Below are positions 1 through 9,208 of a DNA stretch of 32,000 bases, piece after piece. Source of the stretch: Nautilia sp. PV-1 (GTDB lineage Bacteria; Campylobacterota; Campylobacteria; Campylobacterales; Nautiliaceae); the NCBI RefSeq assembly GCF_004006315.1, contig NZ_CP026530.1, positions 585,889-617,888 of the forward strand, written 5' to 3'. How positions within the stretch are numbered: position 1 is the first letter of the stretch; each line of letters begins with the position of its first letter. The notes under the pieces are model-generated. The model was given only the letters and a program-made list of their open reading frames with translations. It made no database searches and was not told the origin of the DNA. The position numbers and the translations under genes were made by a program.

Positions 1-1
1 T

Positions 2-589
2 TTATATAAAAAAGCAAAAAGTGTAGAAAAAACACCTCAGTTTCAAGCTTTAATGAAAAAAATGGCTGTTGACTACTGGCTAAAACAGCAGCTTAACAAT
101 ATGAAAATATCTGATGCAGAAGTTAAAAAATTCTATGAGGCAAACAAAGATATATATTTTAAAACTACTCCAAAAATCAAAGCTAGACATATTTTGGTGA
201 AAAGTGAAAAAGAAGCTGAAAAAATTATTAATGAACTTAAAGGTTTACACGGAAAAGCTTTAGAGAAAAAATTTGCCGAACTAGCAAAAAAATATTCAAC
301 AGGACCTACGAAAGTAAACGGAGGCGAACTTGGATGGTTTGATCCTAAACAGATGGTACAGCCGTTTGCACAGGCTGTTGAAAAAATGAAACCTGGGCAA
401 ATAACACTTAAACCTGTACATACGAGATTCGGATATCATGTAATTTTGGTTGAAGCTAAAAACGAGAAAAACTATATGCCTTTAAATCAGGTTAAATTAC
501 AAATTATTGAATATCTAAAAAGAGCAAAATTACAAAAAGAAATTCAAAAATTAAAAGACTCTGCAAAAGTTGAAATTAAAGTAAAATAA
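2..589 (+). CDS. Peptidyl-prolyl cis-trans isomerase, parvulin/PpiC type (SurA/PEB4-like), 5' truncated by window edge
   Basis: Frame is open to the window start upstream of the listed ATG at 53. Parvulin core IKARHILVKSEKEAEKI...FAELAKKYSTGPTKVNGGELGWFDPKQMVQPFAQAV...FGYHVILV. Confidence 0.9.
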   Translation, partial: LYKKAKSVEKTPQFQALMKKMAVDYWLKQQLNNMKISDAEVKKFYEANKDIYFKTTPKIKARHILVKSEKEAEKIINELKGLHGKALEKKFAELAKKYSTGPTKVNGGELGWFDPKQMVQPFAQAVEKMKPGQITLKPVHTRFGYHVILVEAKNEKNYMPLNQVKLQIIEYLKRAKLQKEIQKLKDSAKVEIKVK

Positions 590-602
590 AAAAGGGGTTT
601 AG

Positions 603-1667
603 ATGGATTTTAGTTTTGTAAAACCTGGGGTTTTAAGCGGCAGCGAAGCTGCAAAAGTTCTTGACTACTGCAAAGAAAAAGGCTTTGCTCTTCCTGCGAT
701 AAACGTTGTGGGAACTAACTCTGTGAATGCCGTAATGGAAGCCGCAAAAGAAGTGAACCTTCCAATTATTATTCAGTTCAGTAACGGAGGAGCGCATTTC
801 TGGGCGGGTAAAGGTCTTGATAATGAAGGTCAAAAAGCAGCAGTGCTTGGAGCTATTGCAGGGGCTAAACATATTCATACTCTTGCAGAAGCATACGGTG
901 TGCCTGTAATTTTACATACCGACCATGCCGCAAGAAAACTTTTACCTTGGATAGACGGTTTAATTGAAGCAAATGCTAAACACAAAGAAAAATACGGTAA
1001 ACCTCTTTTCAGCTCTCATATGCTTGATTTAAGCGAAGAGCCTCTTGAACAGAATGTTCAGACTTGTAAAGAGTATCTGAAAAAATTAAGCGCACTTGAT
1101 ATTATGCTTGAGATTGAATTAGGCGTAACAGGCGGTGAAGAAGACGGTGTGGACAATACGGGAATTGAAAATTCAAAACTTTACACTCAGCCTGAAGATG
1201 TGGCGTATGCATATAAAGAATTAAGCGAAGTGAGTGATTTGTTTACTATTGCCGCTAGTTTCGGAAACGTTCACGGTGTATATAAACCGGGACATGTTAA
1301 ACTTGAACCTATAATTCTTAAAAATTCTCAGGAATATGTAAAAAAAGAATTTAACCTAAATGATGACAAACCTATCAGATTCGTATTTCACGGCGGAAGC
1401 GGAAGTGAACTTTCTAAGATTCACGAAGCTATCGATTACGGTGTGGTAAAAATGAATATCGACACCGATACCCAGTGGGCGTTCTGGGCAGGAGTCAAAG
1501 GTTATATTGAAAAATTCAAAGATTATCTTCAAAGCCAGATAGGCAACCCTGAAGGTGAAGACAAACCTAATAAAAAATATTATGATCCTAGAAAATGGCT
1601 AAGAGAAGGTGAAAAATCTATGAAAGCCAGAGTAATAGAAGCATATAAAGATTTAAAAGCCATTTAA
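603..1667 (+). CDS. fbaA: Fructose-bisphosphate aldolase, class II
   Basis: 354 aa; AINVVGTNSVNAVMEAAKE, HTDHAARKLLPW, FHGGSGS, NIDTDTQWAFW are class II aldolase signatures. Confidence 0.95.
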   Translation: MDFSFVKPGVLSGSEAAKVLDYCKEKGFALPAINVVGTNSVNAVMEAAKEVNLPIIIQFSNGGAHFWAGKGLDNEGQKAAVLGAIAGAKHIHTLAEAYGVPVILHTDHAARKLLPWIDGLIEANAKHKEKYGKPLFSSHMLDLSEEPLEQNVQTCKEYLKKLSALDIMLEIELGVTGGEEDGVDNTGIENSKLYTQPEDVAYAYKELSEVSDLFTIAASFGNVHGVYKPGHVKLEPIILKNSQEYVKKEFNLNDDKPIRFVFHGGSGSELSKIHEAIDYGVVKMNIDTDTQWAFWAGVKGYIEKFKDYLQSQIGNPEGEDKPNKKYYDPRKWLREGEKSMKARVIEAYKDLKAI

Positions 1668-2548
1668 TGAGCACAAAAACCTGGAGATTGGAAAATTCTC
1701 CAATCACTCCTTTTTTCTTTCAAAACAATTTTTTTCATATTAAGCGCGACGATTTGTTAAGTAATGATTTTAACGGCAACAAAGCCAGAAAATTTTATTA
1801 TTTTCTGAATAATGAATTTCCGAATGTAAAAAGAGTTGTTTCATTCGGATCTAACCAGTCGAATGCAATGATGAGCCTGAGTGTTTTGTGTAAAATAAAA
1901 AAATGGGAATTCATATATTATACGAACCATATTCCGAAATACTTAAAACAAAATCCGGAAGGAAATTATTTAAAGGCTCTTCAAAACGGTGCTAATATAA
2001 TTGAAACGGATTTAAGAGGCGAGAAACTGATCAGATTTGTTAAATCGTTAAAAGATGAAGAAACACTGATAATCGAAGAGGGCGGAAGAATTCAGGAAAG
2101 TGAATACGGAATAAAACTTTTGGCCGAAGAAGTGAATGAATATGCACTTAATCATAATTTAAAAATTTTTCTTCCAAGCGGTACCGGTACAACAGCTTAT
2201 TTTCTTTCAAAACACGTAAATGTGGAGGTTCTAACGGTTCCTTGTGTCGGTGACGAAAACTATTTAAAAAAGCAGTTTAAATGGTTGGGAGGAGGGAAAA
2301 TACCTACCATTCTTAAACCCAGAAAAAAATATCACTACGGAAAACTCTATTCTGAACTTTATTTTCTGTGGAAAGAACTTAAAAATTCAGGAATAGAATT
2401 TGATCTTCTTTACGACCCTATAGGATGGGATACGATTATGTTCCACAATTTAAAAGATATACTATATGTCCATCAGGGCGGTATTTTCGGCAACAAAACA
2501 ATGATTAAAAGATATAAAAGAAAACTAAAACTCAACTCTTATAATTAA
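1667..2548 (+). CDS. PLP-dependent 1-aminocyclopropane-1-carboxylate deaminase / D-cysteine desulfhydrase family protein
   Basis: IKRDDLLSNDFNGNKARKF, FGSNQSNAMMSLS, LPSGTGTTAYFLS; overlaps the fbaA stop by 1 nt. Confidence 0.75.
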   Translation: MSTKTWRLENSPITPFFFQNNFFHIKRDDLLSNDFNGNKARKFYYFLNNEFPNVKRVVSFGSNQSNAMMSLSVLCKIKKWEFIYYTNHIPKYLKQNPEGNYLKALQNGANIIETDLRGEKLIRFVKSLKDEETLIIEEGGRIQESEYGIKLLAEEVNEYALNHNLKIFLPSGTGTTAYFLSKHVNVEVLTVPCVGDENYLKKQFKWLGGGKIPTILKPRKKYHYGKLYSELYFLWKELKNSGIEFDLLYDPIGWDTIMFHNLKDILYVHQGGIFGNKTMIKRYKRKLKLNSYN

Positions 2549-2688
2549 ACTTTCCAATCTGTTTAAAATTAAGTGTAACTTTTTTATACAAACCGCATAT
2601 CTTTTTAATATAAGTTTAATTTATAGTATTCATAAATGAATGTTCATTTTGATATTATTATATAATCAAATTTATTTTGGAGGGTAAT

Positions 2689-4548
2689 ATGGATACATTT
2701 ATTGTTCTAAGTATCGTATTGCCGTGGATTGCCGCTTTGGTGATTTATCTGGCAAAAAACGATTTTGTAACTAATCTGCTTTCATTTGCAATGCTGCCTA
2801 TTTTAGGTTATTTTGCATGGATGATTTATTCAAGTGGCAATTTGCCTTATTACATGGATACACCTAACTGGGTCGGATATCTGATAACGGTGTATGATTT
2901 CGGTTTGCTGGGATACTTTTTTTATCAGGGTATAAAAAATAAAAGTATGCTGGTTTCTTCACTTGCCGTTTTACAGCTTGTTCTTTTAACAATTGTTGTA
3001 TTTATGATTAAAGAGAGCGATACAGCCAACATATATGTTGATAAATTAACGGCGTTTATGTATATGATTGTAGCAATTGTCGGTGTTCCTATTGCGATTT
3101 TCGCAACTAAATACATGGAATATGACGAAAAAGGAAAACATAGCTTTGTAGCTATTTTGATCTGGTTTTTGGGTGTGATGAATTTCGCAGTAAGCGTTAA
3201 TAATATCGAATGGTTTTTTGCGCTGTTTGAGACAACAACACTTGCTTCATACGTACTCATCAGATTCAGAATGGACAGTGAAGCTGTTAATAACGCAGTT
3301 TTGGCTTTATGGATGAATCAGATTGGAGGGGTTGCTATTTTATTAGCTCTTCTGACTTTAATAAAAACAAGCGGTATTTATGATTTTACGGATCTGTTAA
3401 ACGCATCTCCGAAGGTTGTTTCACTTACGGCTTTAGGGTTTTTATCTTTAAGCGCGCTTGTAAAAGGCGCTCAAATGCCTTTTCACAAATGGCTTTTAGG
3501 TGCGATGGTTGCGCCGACACCCGTCAGTGCGATACTGCATTCGGCAACAATGGTAAAAATCGCTCCTTATCTGCTGCTTAGACTTTCACCTATTATTAAA
3601 GGCACTCTTTTAGCAAAACTTTTAATTATTACAACAGGTTTCGTGTTTGTTGCAGCTGCCGTTATAGCATTAACACAGGACAATTTCAAAAAAATTCTTG
3701 CATATTCAACCATTTCTCTGCTTGGACTTATGATGCTTGCCGCTGTTGTAGGTACGCCAATTGCGGTTACCGCAAGTCTTATTCTTATTTTATTCCATGC
3801 GTTTGCGAAAGGTTTTCTGTTCATCGAAGCCGGGGTTTTGGAAAAAGTATTTCACGTTAAATATATAAAAGAAATGAAAAGATTAATAGAAAGAGCTCCT
3901 CTTACTCTTATGTTTATTTTCTTTGGATTTTTAAATATGACGTTCGTTCCTTTCGGAACTTTTATAGGTAAATGGATTATGATTGAAGAGGCAAGTGGTT
4001 TCCTCTCTCACGGCAGTTATGTTCTGTTAATTCTTTATGTGGGTGCGGGAAGCGCATTTTTGAGCGTGCTTTATATGAAAGTATTGGGTATCAGTGTCAG
4101 AAAATCTCATGGAATAGAAAAAGTTAAACTTCTGCCTCTGCCAAAAAGATTTAACTTTGTATCAATCTGGTATTATGTGTGGCTATTGGCTCTGACAGTA
4201 TTTATCGCTCCGTTTATTGCTACGCAAATCGTTCCTGTTGCCACTGAAATAACCGGAAGCGTAGCTAATATTTATTCAGAACATCTGTCTTTGATTATTA
4301 ACAATTCAACATTGTATTTCTGGCAGATTATGGGAGCATTGATTATTTTATTATTAATTCACGCTCTTCCGTTTTTCGTACATTTCAAAAATGTAGATAC
4401 CGCTATGCCGTATAACTGTGGCGAAGCGTTCCCTAGACATATTGAAACATATAATTTCGTATGTATTTCAAAATATGAAAACTATCTGATAGCATTCAGT
4501 ATTGCTCTGTTTATTATGGTATTAGTTCTTGGAGGAGGTTTATTATGA
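2689..4548 (+). CDS. Group 4 energy-converting hydrogenase, NuoL/HyfB/EchA-like membrane subunit
   Basis: Track ORF starts at TTG 2677, but GGAGGG followed by ATG at 2689 is the better start. Multi-TM protein with LVKGAQMPFHKWLLGAMVAPTPVSAILHSATMVKIAPY and later subunits in order. Confidence 0.9.
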   Translation: MDTFIVLSIVLPWIAALVIYLAKNDFVTNLLSFAMLPILGYFAWMIYSSGNLPYYMDTPNWVGYLITVYDFGLLGYFFYQGIKNKSMLVSSLAVLQLVLLTIVVFMIKESDTANIYVDKLTAFMYMIVAIVGVPIAIFATKYMEYDEKGKHSFVAILIWFLGVMNFAVSVNNIEWFFALFETTTLASYVLIRFRMDSEAVNNAVLALWMNQIGGVAILLALLTLIKTSGIYDFTDLLNASPKVVSLTALGFLSLSALVKGAQMPFHKWLLGAMVAPTPVSAILHSATMVKIAPYLLLRLSPIIKGTLLAKLLIITTGFVFVAAAVIALTQDNFKKILAYSTISLLGLMMLAAVVGTPIAVTASLILILFHAFAKGFLFIEAGVLEKVFHVKYIKEMKRLIERAPLTLMFIFFGFLNMTFVPFGTFIGKWIMIEEASGFLSHGSYVLLILYVGAGSAFLSVLYMKVLGISVRKSHGIEKVKLLPLPKRFNFVSIWYYVWLLALTVFIAPFIATQIVPVATEITGSVANIYSEHLSLIINNSTLYFWQIMGALIILLLIHALPFFVHFKNVDTAMPYNCGEAFPRHIETYNFVCISKYENYLIAFSIALFIMVLVLGGGLL

Positions 4549-5387
4549 AGTTTGAAACGTTAATGATACTGCTTACGCTTTTTGCGCCTGTTATAGGCGG
4601 TTTTGTGTATGGTGTTGAAAGAATAGTAAAAGCCAGAATGCAAAGCAGGGTGGGACCTCCTGTAATGCAGCCTTTTTATGATTTTTTTAAATTAATGGAC
4701 AAAAGGCCTTTAATGGTGCATTCTCTGCATGCGGTAATGGGTATTATGTATTTTGTGGCGTGCTGGTTTGCACTTTTAGTGCTGTTTTTGGGAAATGACT
4801 TATTGGTTGCCGTTTTTTTCCATGTAATAGCGGTACTGGCTCTTACAATCGGTGCTTTTAGCGTAAGAAGCCCTTACAGTGTAATAGGTGCGATGAGAGA
4901 ACTTATGCATATGATAAGTTATGAGCCTTTAATGGTATTGATGGTGGTGGCTTTTTATCAGGTTGTAGGCAGTTTTAATCTGAAGGATATTTTGACATAT
5001 CCTGGAGTTCCTTTATTTCAGATTCCTGTAGTGTTTGTAGCATTTGTTTTAGCGATTCCTATGATGCTTCACAAATCTCCTTTTGATGTAGCAGAAGCGC
5101 ATCAGGAAATTATCGGAGGTCCGGAAATAGAATACAGCGGACCTTTTTACGAAGCTGTTTACACAGGAAAATGGATTGAATATGTGTATGTATTTTTCTT
5201 TGTGTTTTTATTCGGAGGAAGCCATTACTGGCTGGGAGCGCTGCTGGTGTTTTTAGTGTTTATTTTTGTCAATGCACTTGATAACGCGACTGCAAGGCTT
5301 GATTTCAGAAGAATGGTTAAATTTTCCTGGTTTGTATTAATTCCGATATCAGCGCTTAATATAATCTTTTTGGCACTATGGAGGTAG
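4545..5387 (+). CDS. Group 4 hydrogenase, NuoH/HyfC/EchB-like membrane subunit
   Basis: RVGPPVMQPFYDFFKL, SPFDVAEAHQEIIGGPEIEYSGP; ATGA-type overlap with the preceding gene. Confidence 0.9.
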   Translation: MKFETLMILLTLFAPVIGGFVYGVERIVKARMQSRVGPPVMQPFYDFFKLMDKRPLMVHSLHAVMGIMYFVACWFALLVLFLGNDLLVAVFFHVIAVLALTIGAFSVRSPYSVIGAMRELMHMISYEPLMVLMVVAFYQVVGSFNLKDILTYPGVPLFQIPVVFVAFVLAIPMMLHKSPFDVAEAHQEIIGGPEIEYSGPFYEAVYTGKWIEYVYVFFFVFLFGGSHYWLGALLVFLVFIFVNALDNATARLDFRRMVKFSWFVLIPISALNIIFLALWR

Positions 5388-5389
5388 TT

Positions 5390-5884
5390 ATGGGTATATT
5401 TAGTAAATTCAGAAAAAAATCCCCTTGGATATTGCATTATAATACAGGAGGGTGCAACGGGTGTGATATTGAAATTCTTGCGGCTCTTGCTCCAAAATTC
5501 GATATCGAAAGATTCGGTATGCTCAACAGAGGAAATCCGAAACAGTCTGATATTTTATTGGTTACGGGCCCTGTTACAAAAAGATGCAGAGACGTTTTAA
5601 GAAGACTTTATATTGAAATGCCCGAGCCAAAAGTGGTCGTTGCAATGGGCGCTTGTGCACACGGAGGAGGTATTTTCAGGGATTTTTATCACGTAGAAAA
5701 CGGCGTTGACAATATAATTCCTGTGGACGTATGGATACCGGGATGTGCGCCGAGAGTCGAAGCTGTTATCGACGGAATGGTTGAAGCGGTTAAAATCTGG
5801 GAGAAAAAAACAAAAGAAAAAGAATATATGAGGGGTCACAGTGTAGAATTATTAGAAAAATTAGGAGCTAGAAATGATGATTAA
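5390..5884 (+). CDS. Group 4 hydrogenase small subunit, NuoB/HyfI/EchC-like
   Basis: TGGCNGCDIEILAALAP, GACAHGGGIF, VDVWIPGCAPR Fe-S ligands. Track ORF begins at 5378; the internal Met of MGIFSKF at 5390 is the likelier start. Confidence 0.9.
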   Translation: MGIFSKFRKKSPWILHYNTGGCNGCDIEILAALAPKFDIERFGMLNRGNPKQSDILLVTGPVTKRCRDVLRRLYIEMPEPKVVVAMGACAHGGGIFRDFYHVENGVDNIIPVDVWIPGCAPRVEAVIDGMVEAVKIWEKKTKEKEYMRGHSVELLEKLGARNDD

Positions 5885-6248
5885 TCCGGAAATAACATTT
5901 ATGGAAGCTACAATAGAAAATGTGGTTGATTTAATAAAAGACTGGTATGACGAAAATCAGTATCATTATGTAACCGTTAACGCCACTGATAACGGAGGAA
6001 ATGTTACGATTGACTGGATATTTTCAAAATATAATGACAAAAACAAATTAACGGTGTTCAGAGCCGAAAACGTACCGTACGATGCTAAAATTCCTTCAAT
6101 AGTCAGTGTTGTTCCTAGCGCATGGATTGCAGAGTGGGAGCTTGCGGATCTCTTTGGATTAGATGTTGAAAATGCGGCAAAAGGGGTGTTTATCGAACCT
6201 GACGCACCTCAGGCGCCTTTAAGAAAAGGGGAAGCAAATGGGAAATAA
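5874..6248 (+). CDS. Group 4 hydrogenase, NuoC/EchD-like subunit
   Basis: SVVPSAWIAEWELADLFGLDVENA...PDAPQAPLRKG resembles NuoC ELWDMFGI..; located between NuoB- and NuoD-like genes. Confidence 0.8.
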   Translation: MMINPEITFMEATIENVVDLIKDWYDENQYHYVTVNATDNGGNVTIDWIFSKYNDKNKLTVFRAENVPYDAKIPSIVSVVPSAWIAEWELADLFGLDVENAAKGVFIEPDAPQAPLRKGEANGK

Positions 6249-7323
6249 AATTATTGTACCTTTCGGATCACAGCATGTTGCGCTGCCTGAACCGGTAAGC
6301 TTTTTGTTTGAAACTCAAAACGAAGTTATTACAGACGTTACCGTTAATATAGGTTATGTTCACAGAGGAATAGAAAAAGCGGCAATTACGAGATTTGAAT
6401 ATACTCAGCTTCCATATCTTGTAGCAAGGGTGTGCGGGCTTTGTTCTATTACGCATGCGGGAGCTTATACTCACGGTATTGAAAAACTGCTTGGAATTGA
6501 AACAAATAAAAAAATAGACTATTTAAGAATGCTTGTTGTGGAACTTGACAGAATTCACTCCCATATGCTTGCGAACGGGCACGTTGCCGAGGTAGTCGGA
6601 TACGAAAACCTGTTTATGCAGACATTCAGATACAGAGAAGACGTAATGGATATTCTTGAAAGAATTACCGGTAACAGGGTTCAGTACGATTATCAGATAA
6701 TCGGAGGAGTTGCGAGGGATTTTGATAAAGAAACGGAAAATTTTGCAAGAGAAAAACTTTTAACTCTTAAAGCAAATACAGAAAAACTGATTGAGTTTTT
6801 CGAAAACGACTATACTTTCGGAGTAAAAACAAAAGGTGTCGGTACTATTTCCAAAGAAATGGCTGCGAAGTTTAACGCTGCGGGACCTATTGCCAGAGCC
6901 AGCGGCCTTGAAACTGACGCAAGGGCTGAATATGACTATCTGCCGTTTGAAGAAGTGGGATATAAACTTCAGACACGAACGGAAGGTGATGTCTGGGCCA
7001 GAAATATGGTCAGATTCGATGAGATTATGAATTCAATTGAAATGTGTCTTAATATACTTGACGGTATACCTGAGGGAGAACACAGGGTTAAAGTTAAAGG
7101 AAGACCGGACGGCGAAACGTTTGTAAGGGTTGAAGCGCCTAGGGGAGAATGTTTTTATTATCTCAAAGGTAATAAAACGAAAGTTCTTGAAAGAGTCAGA
7201 ATCAGAGTGCCGACATATGCGAATATTCCTGTACTTAAAGAGCTTTTTGTAGGTGAAAAATATTCAGATGCGCAGGCGATCGTGCTAAGTTTCGATCCAT
7301 GTATGAGCTGTACGGCCAGATAA
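6238..7323 (+). CDS. Group 4 [NiFe]-hydrogenase large subunit, NuoD/EchE-like
   Basis: N-terminal RVCGLCSITH and C-terminal DPCMSCTAR: both CxxC nickel-ligand motifs of a catalytic [NiFe] subunit are present. Confidence 0.93.
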   Translation: MGNKIIVPFGSQHVALPEPVSFLFETQNEVITDVTVNIGYVHRGIEKAAITRFEYTQLPYLVARVCGLCSITHAGAYTHGIEKLLGIETNKKIDYLRMLVVELDRIHSHMLANGHVAEVVGYENLFMQTFRYREDVMDILERITGNRVQYDYQIIGGVARDFDKETENFAREKLLTLKANTEKLIEFFENDYTFGVKTKGVGTISKEMAAKFNAAGPIARASGLETDARAEYDYLPFEEVGYKLQTRTEGDVWARNMVRFDEIMNSIEMCLNILDGIPEGEHRVKVKGRPDGETFVRVEAPRGECFYYLKGNKTKVLERVRIRVPTYANIPVLKELFVGEKYSDAQAIVLSFDPCMSCTAR

Positions 7324-7333
7324 AGGAGTAATT

Positions 7334-7843
7334 ATGATACAAATGTTTATCGAATCGTTAAAAAATTTAGTTTCAAAACCTGAAACAATAAAATATCCTT
7401 TTGCTCCTTCACCTGAGCCTAAAGGATACAGAGGTACTATTCTTTATAATGAAGAGCTTTGCATTTTTTGTGACAAATGTGAAAATATATGCCCTCCGGG
7501 AGCTATTAAGTTTGAAGTGGTTGATATAGAAAGCGGAAAAAAACAGTACAACTACAACCCGTATCTTTGTATTTACTGCGGAGCATGTGTTGATGCGTGT
7601 CCGAAAGCCGAAGAGGGATGCCTTACCCAGTCGGAAGCAAGAACTCCCGTAATGGGAGAAAGCGTGATAAAAGATCCTAAACTAGGATATTTTATAAACG
7701 AAATAAATAATCCTAAAGAAGTTGAAAAAAAATGGCGTGAGCTTGAAATAAGAGCTGCCGACAGCCGTGAAAAACTGGCTGAATACAAAAAAGCAAAAAG
7801 AGCTGCGGCAAAAGCTGCAAAAGCAAAAGCGTCTGCCGAATAA
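7334..7843 (+). CDS. 2x[4Fe-4S] ferredoxin-like hydrogenase subunit (NuoI/HyfH/EchF-like)
   Basis: CIFCDKCENICPPGAIKFE and CIYCGACVDACPKAEEG; Ala/Lys-rich C-terminus. Confidence 0.88.
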   Translation: MIQMFIESLKNLVSKPETIKYPFAPSPEPKGYRGTILYNEELCIFCDKCENICPPGAIKFEVVDIESGKKQYNYNPYLCIYCGACVDACPKAEEGCLTQSEARTPVMGESVIKDPKLGYFINEINNPKEVEKKWRELEIRAADSREKLAEYKKAKRAAAKAAKAKASAE

Positions 7844-7915
7844 CATTTAAACCTTCCTTTTTTTTCTCTTTAGGTGTATAATATATTATGAATCTTTATT
7901 CATAAAGGAACCGTT

Positions 7916-8830
7916 ATGAAAATAGCCTTTTTTGAAATCAAACCTGAAGAGAAAACTTTTTTTGAACAAAATCTAAAAAATCAGGAGCTTTATTTTTTTG
8001 AAGAAACGATAAATGAATATGCCGGGTCTGCAGATTTTGATGTGATTTCAGTATTTATACATTCGAAACTCGATAAGAATGTACTTGATAAATTTAAAAA
8101 TCTTAAATATATACAAACCCGCTCTACCGGAGTCGATCATCTCGATTTGGAAGAAATATATAAAAGAGGACTGTTTGCAAGCAATGTAGTAGGGTACGCC
8201 GGTCCGTGTGTAAGCGAGTTTGCTTTTTCTCTTTTGCTGGAAGCTTTAAGAAAGACGTATATAGCAATACAGAGGGTAAAAAACGGAGATCTGTATTATT
8301 CTGATTTGAAAGGCAGCGAAATACAGGGTAAAAGAATCGGTATTTTAGGGCTTGGCACAATCGGGACCCATATTGCTCAAATCGCAAAAGGTTTCGGTGT
8401 TCAGAGCATAATAGGCTTTAACAGAAGCAAGAAACTGATAGAAGGCGTGGAATATACCGATAATCTTGAATACACTCTAAGAAACAGCGATATACTTTTT
8501 ATCGCCCTTCCGCTTACTAAAAGCACAAAAAATTTAATTAATTCTGAAAATATAACTTTTTTTGACGGGAATATAATTATAAATCCGGCGCGTGCCGAAA
8601 TTATCAGTTTTGAAGTTTATAACAGTTTTGAGGGTATAATTGCAGCGGATGTATTGCCGGATTGGAATCTGGCTAAAAAAGAAAATATAATAGCAACACC
8701 GCATATGGCTTATTACACTAAAGAAGCGCTATTTAGAATTATGGAAATTTCTCTTGAAAATATTAAGGATTTTATAAACGGTAAAAAACCTAGAAACTGT
8801 TTAAAAATATTTTATGAAAAGGAGAAATAA
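7916..8830 (+). CDS. D-2-hydroxyacid dehydrogenase (NAD-dependent)
   Basis: GKRIGILGLGTIGTHIAQIAKGFG nucleotide-binding motif; NPARAEII; AADVLPDW. Confidence 0.85.
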   Translation: MKIAFFEIKPEEKTFFEQNLKNQELYFFEETINEYAGSADFDVISVFIHSKLDKNVLDKFKNLKYIQTRSTGVDHLDLEEIYKRGLFASNVVGYAGPCVSEFAFSLLLEALRKTYIAIQRVKNGDLYYSDLKGSEIQGKRIGILGLGTIGTHIAQIAKGFGVQSIIGFNRSKKLIEGVEYTDNLEYTLRNSDILFIALPLTKSTKNLINSENITFFDGNIIINPARAEIISFEVYNSFEGIIAADVLPDWNLAKKENIIATPHMAYYTKEALFRIMEISLENIKDFINGKKPRNCLKIFYEKEK

Positions 8831-9189
8831 TGCTAAAAAAAACCGTCTGTTTAGCATTATTTGCAACTGTATCGCTTTATGCGTGCAGCAGCGACTGTCT
8901 GGAATGTCATCCTAAATTAAAACAGTTGGAATACAATAAAACAAATAAATATTATAAAGAGCATCATTTTTTGATTACCTGCACAAAATGTCATAAAAAC
9001 CATCCTAGTAAAGGTATGGATGAATGCGGAGCAGACTGTTTTGACTGTCACAGCAGAAAAAAACTTATAAATACGCCCGTTCCGGAACATCAGAAGTTAA
9101 GTACTTGCACAAAATGCCATAAAGATACGCTTCAGCAGATTATTCCGGCTCAGCCTAATAATGACTTTTTAAATTTCAAGCAAAAATAA
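8830..9189 (+). CDS. Small tetraheme c-type cytochrome-like secreted protein
   Basis: 119 aa with signal peptide-like N-terminus and four CxxCH motifs (CLECH, CTKCH, CFDCH, CTKCH). Confidence 0.8.
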   Translation: MLKKTVCLALFATVSLYACSSDCLECHPKLKQLEYNKTNKYYKEHHFLITCTKCHKNHPSKGMDECGADCFDCHSRKKLINTPVPEHQKLSTCTKCHKDTLQQIIPAQPNNDFLNFKQK

Positions 9190-9208
9190 AATTTAAATTT
9201 TATTTTTG
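9181..9208. terminator. Candidate bidirectional terminator: perfect 28-bp A/T palindrome
   Basis: CAAAAATAAAATTT|AAATTTTATTTTTG between convergent genes, overlapping both stop codons. Confidence 0.5.
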
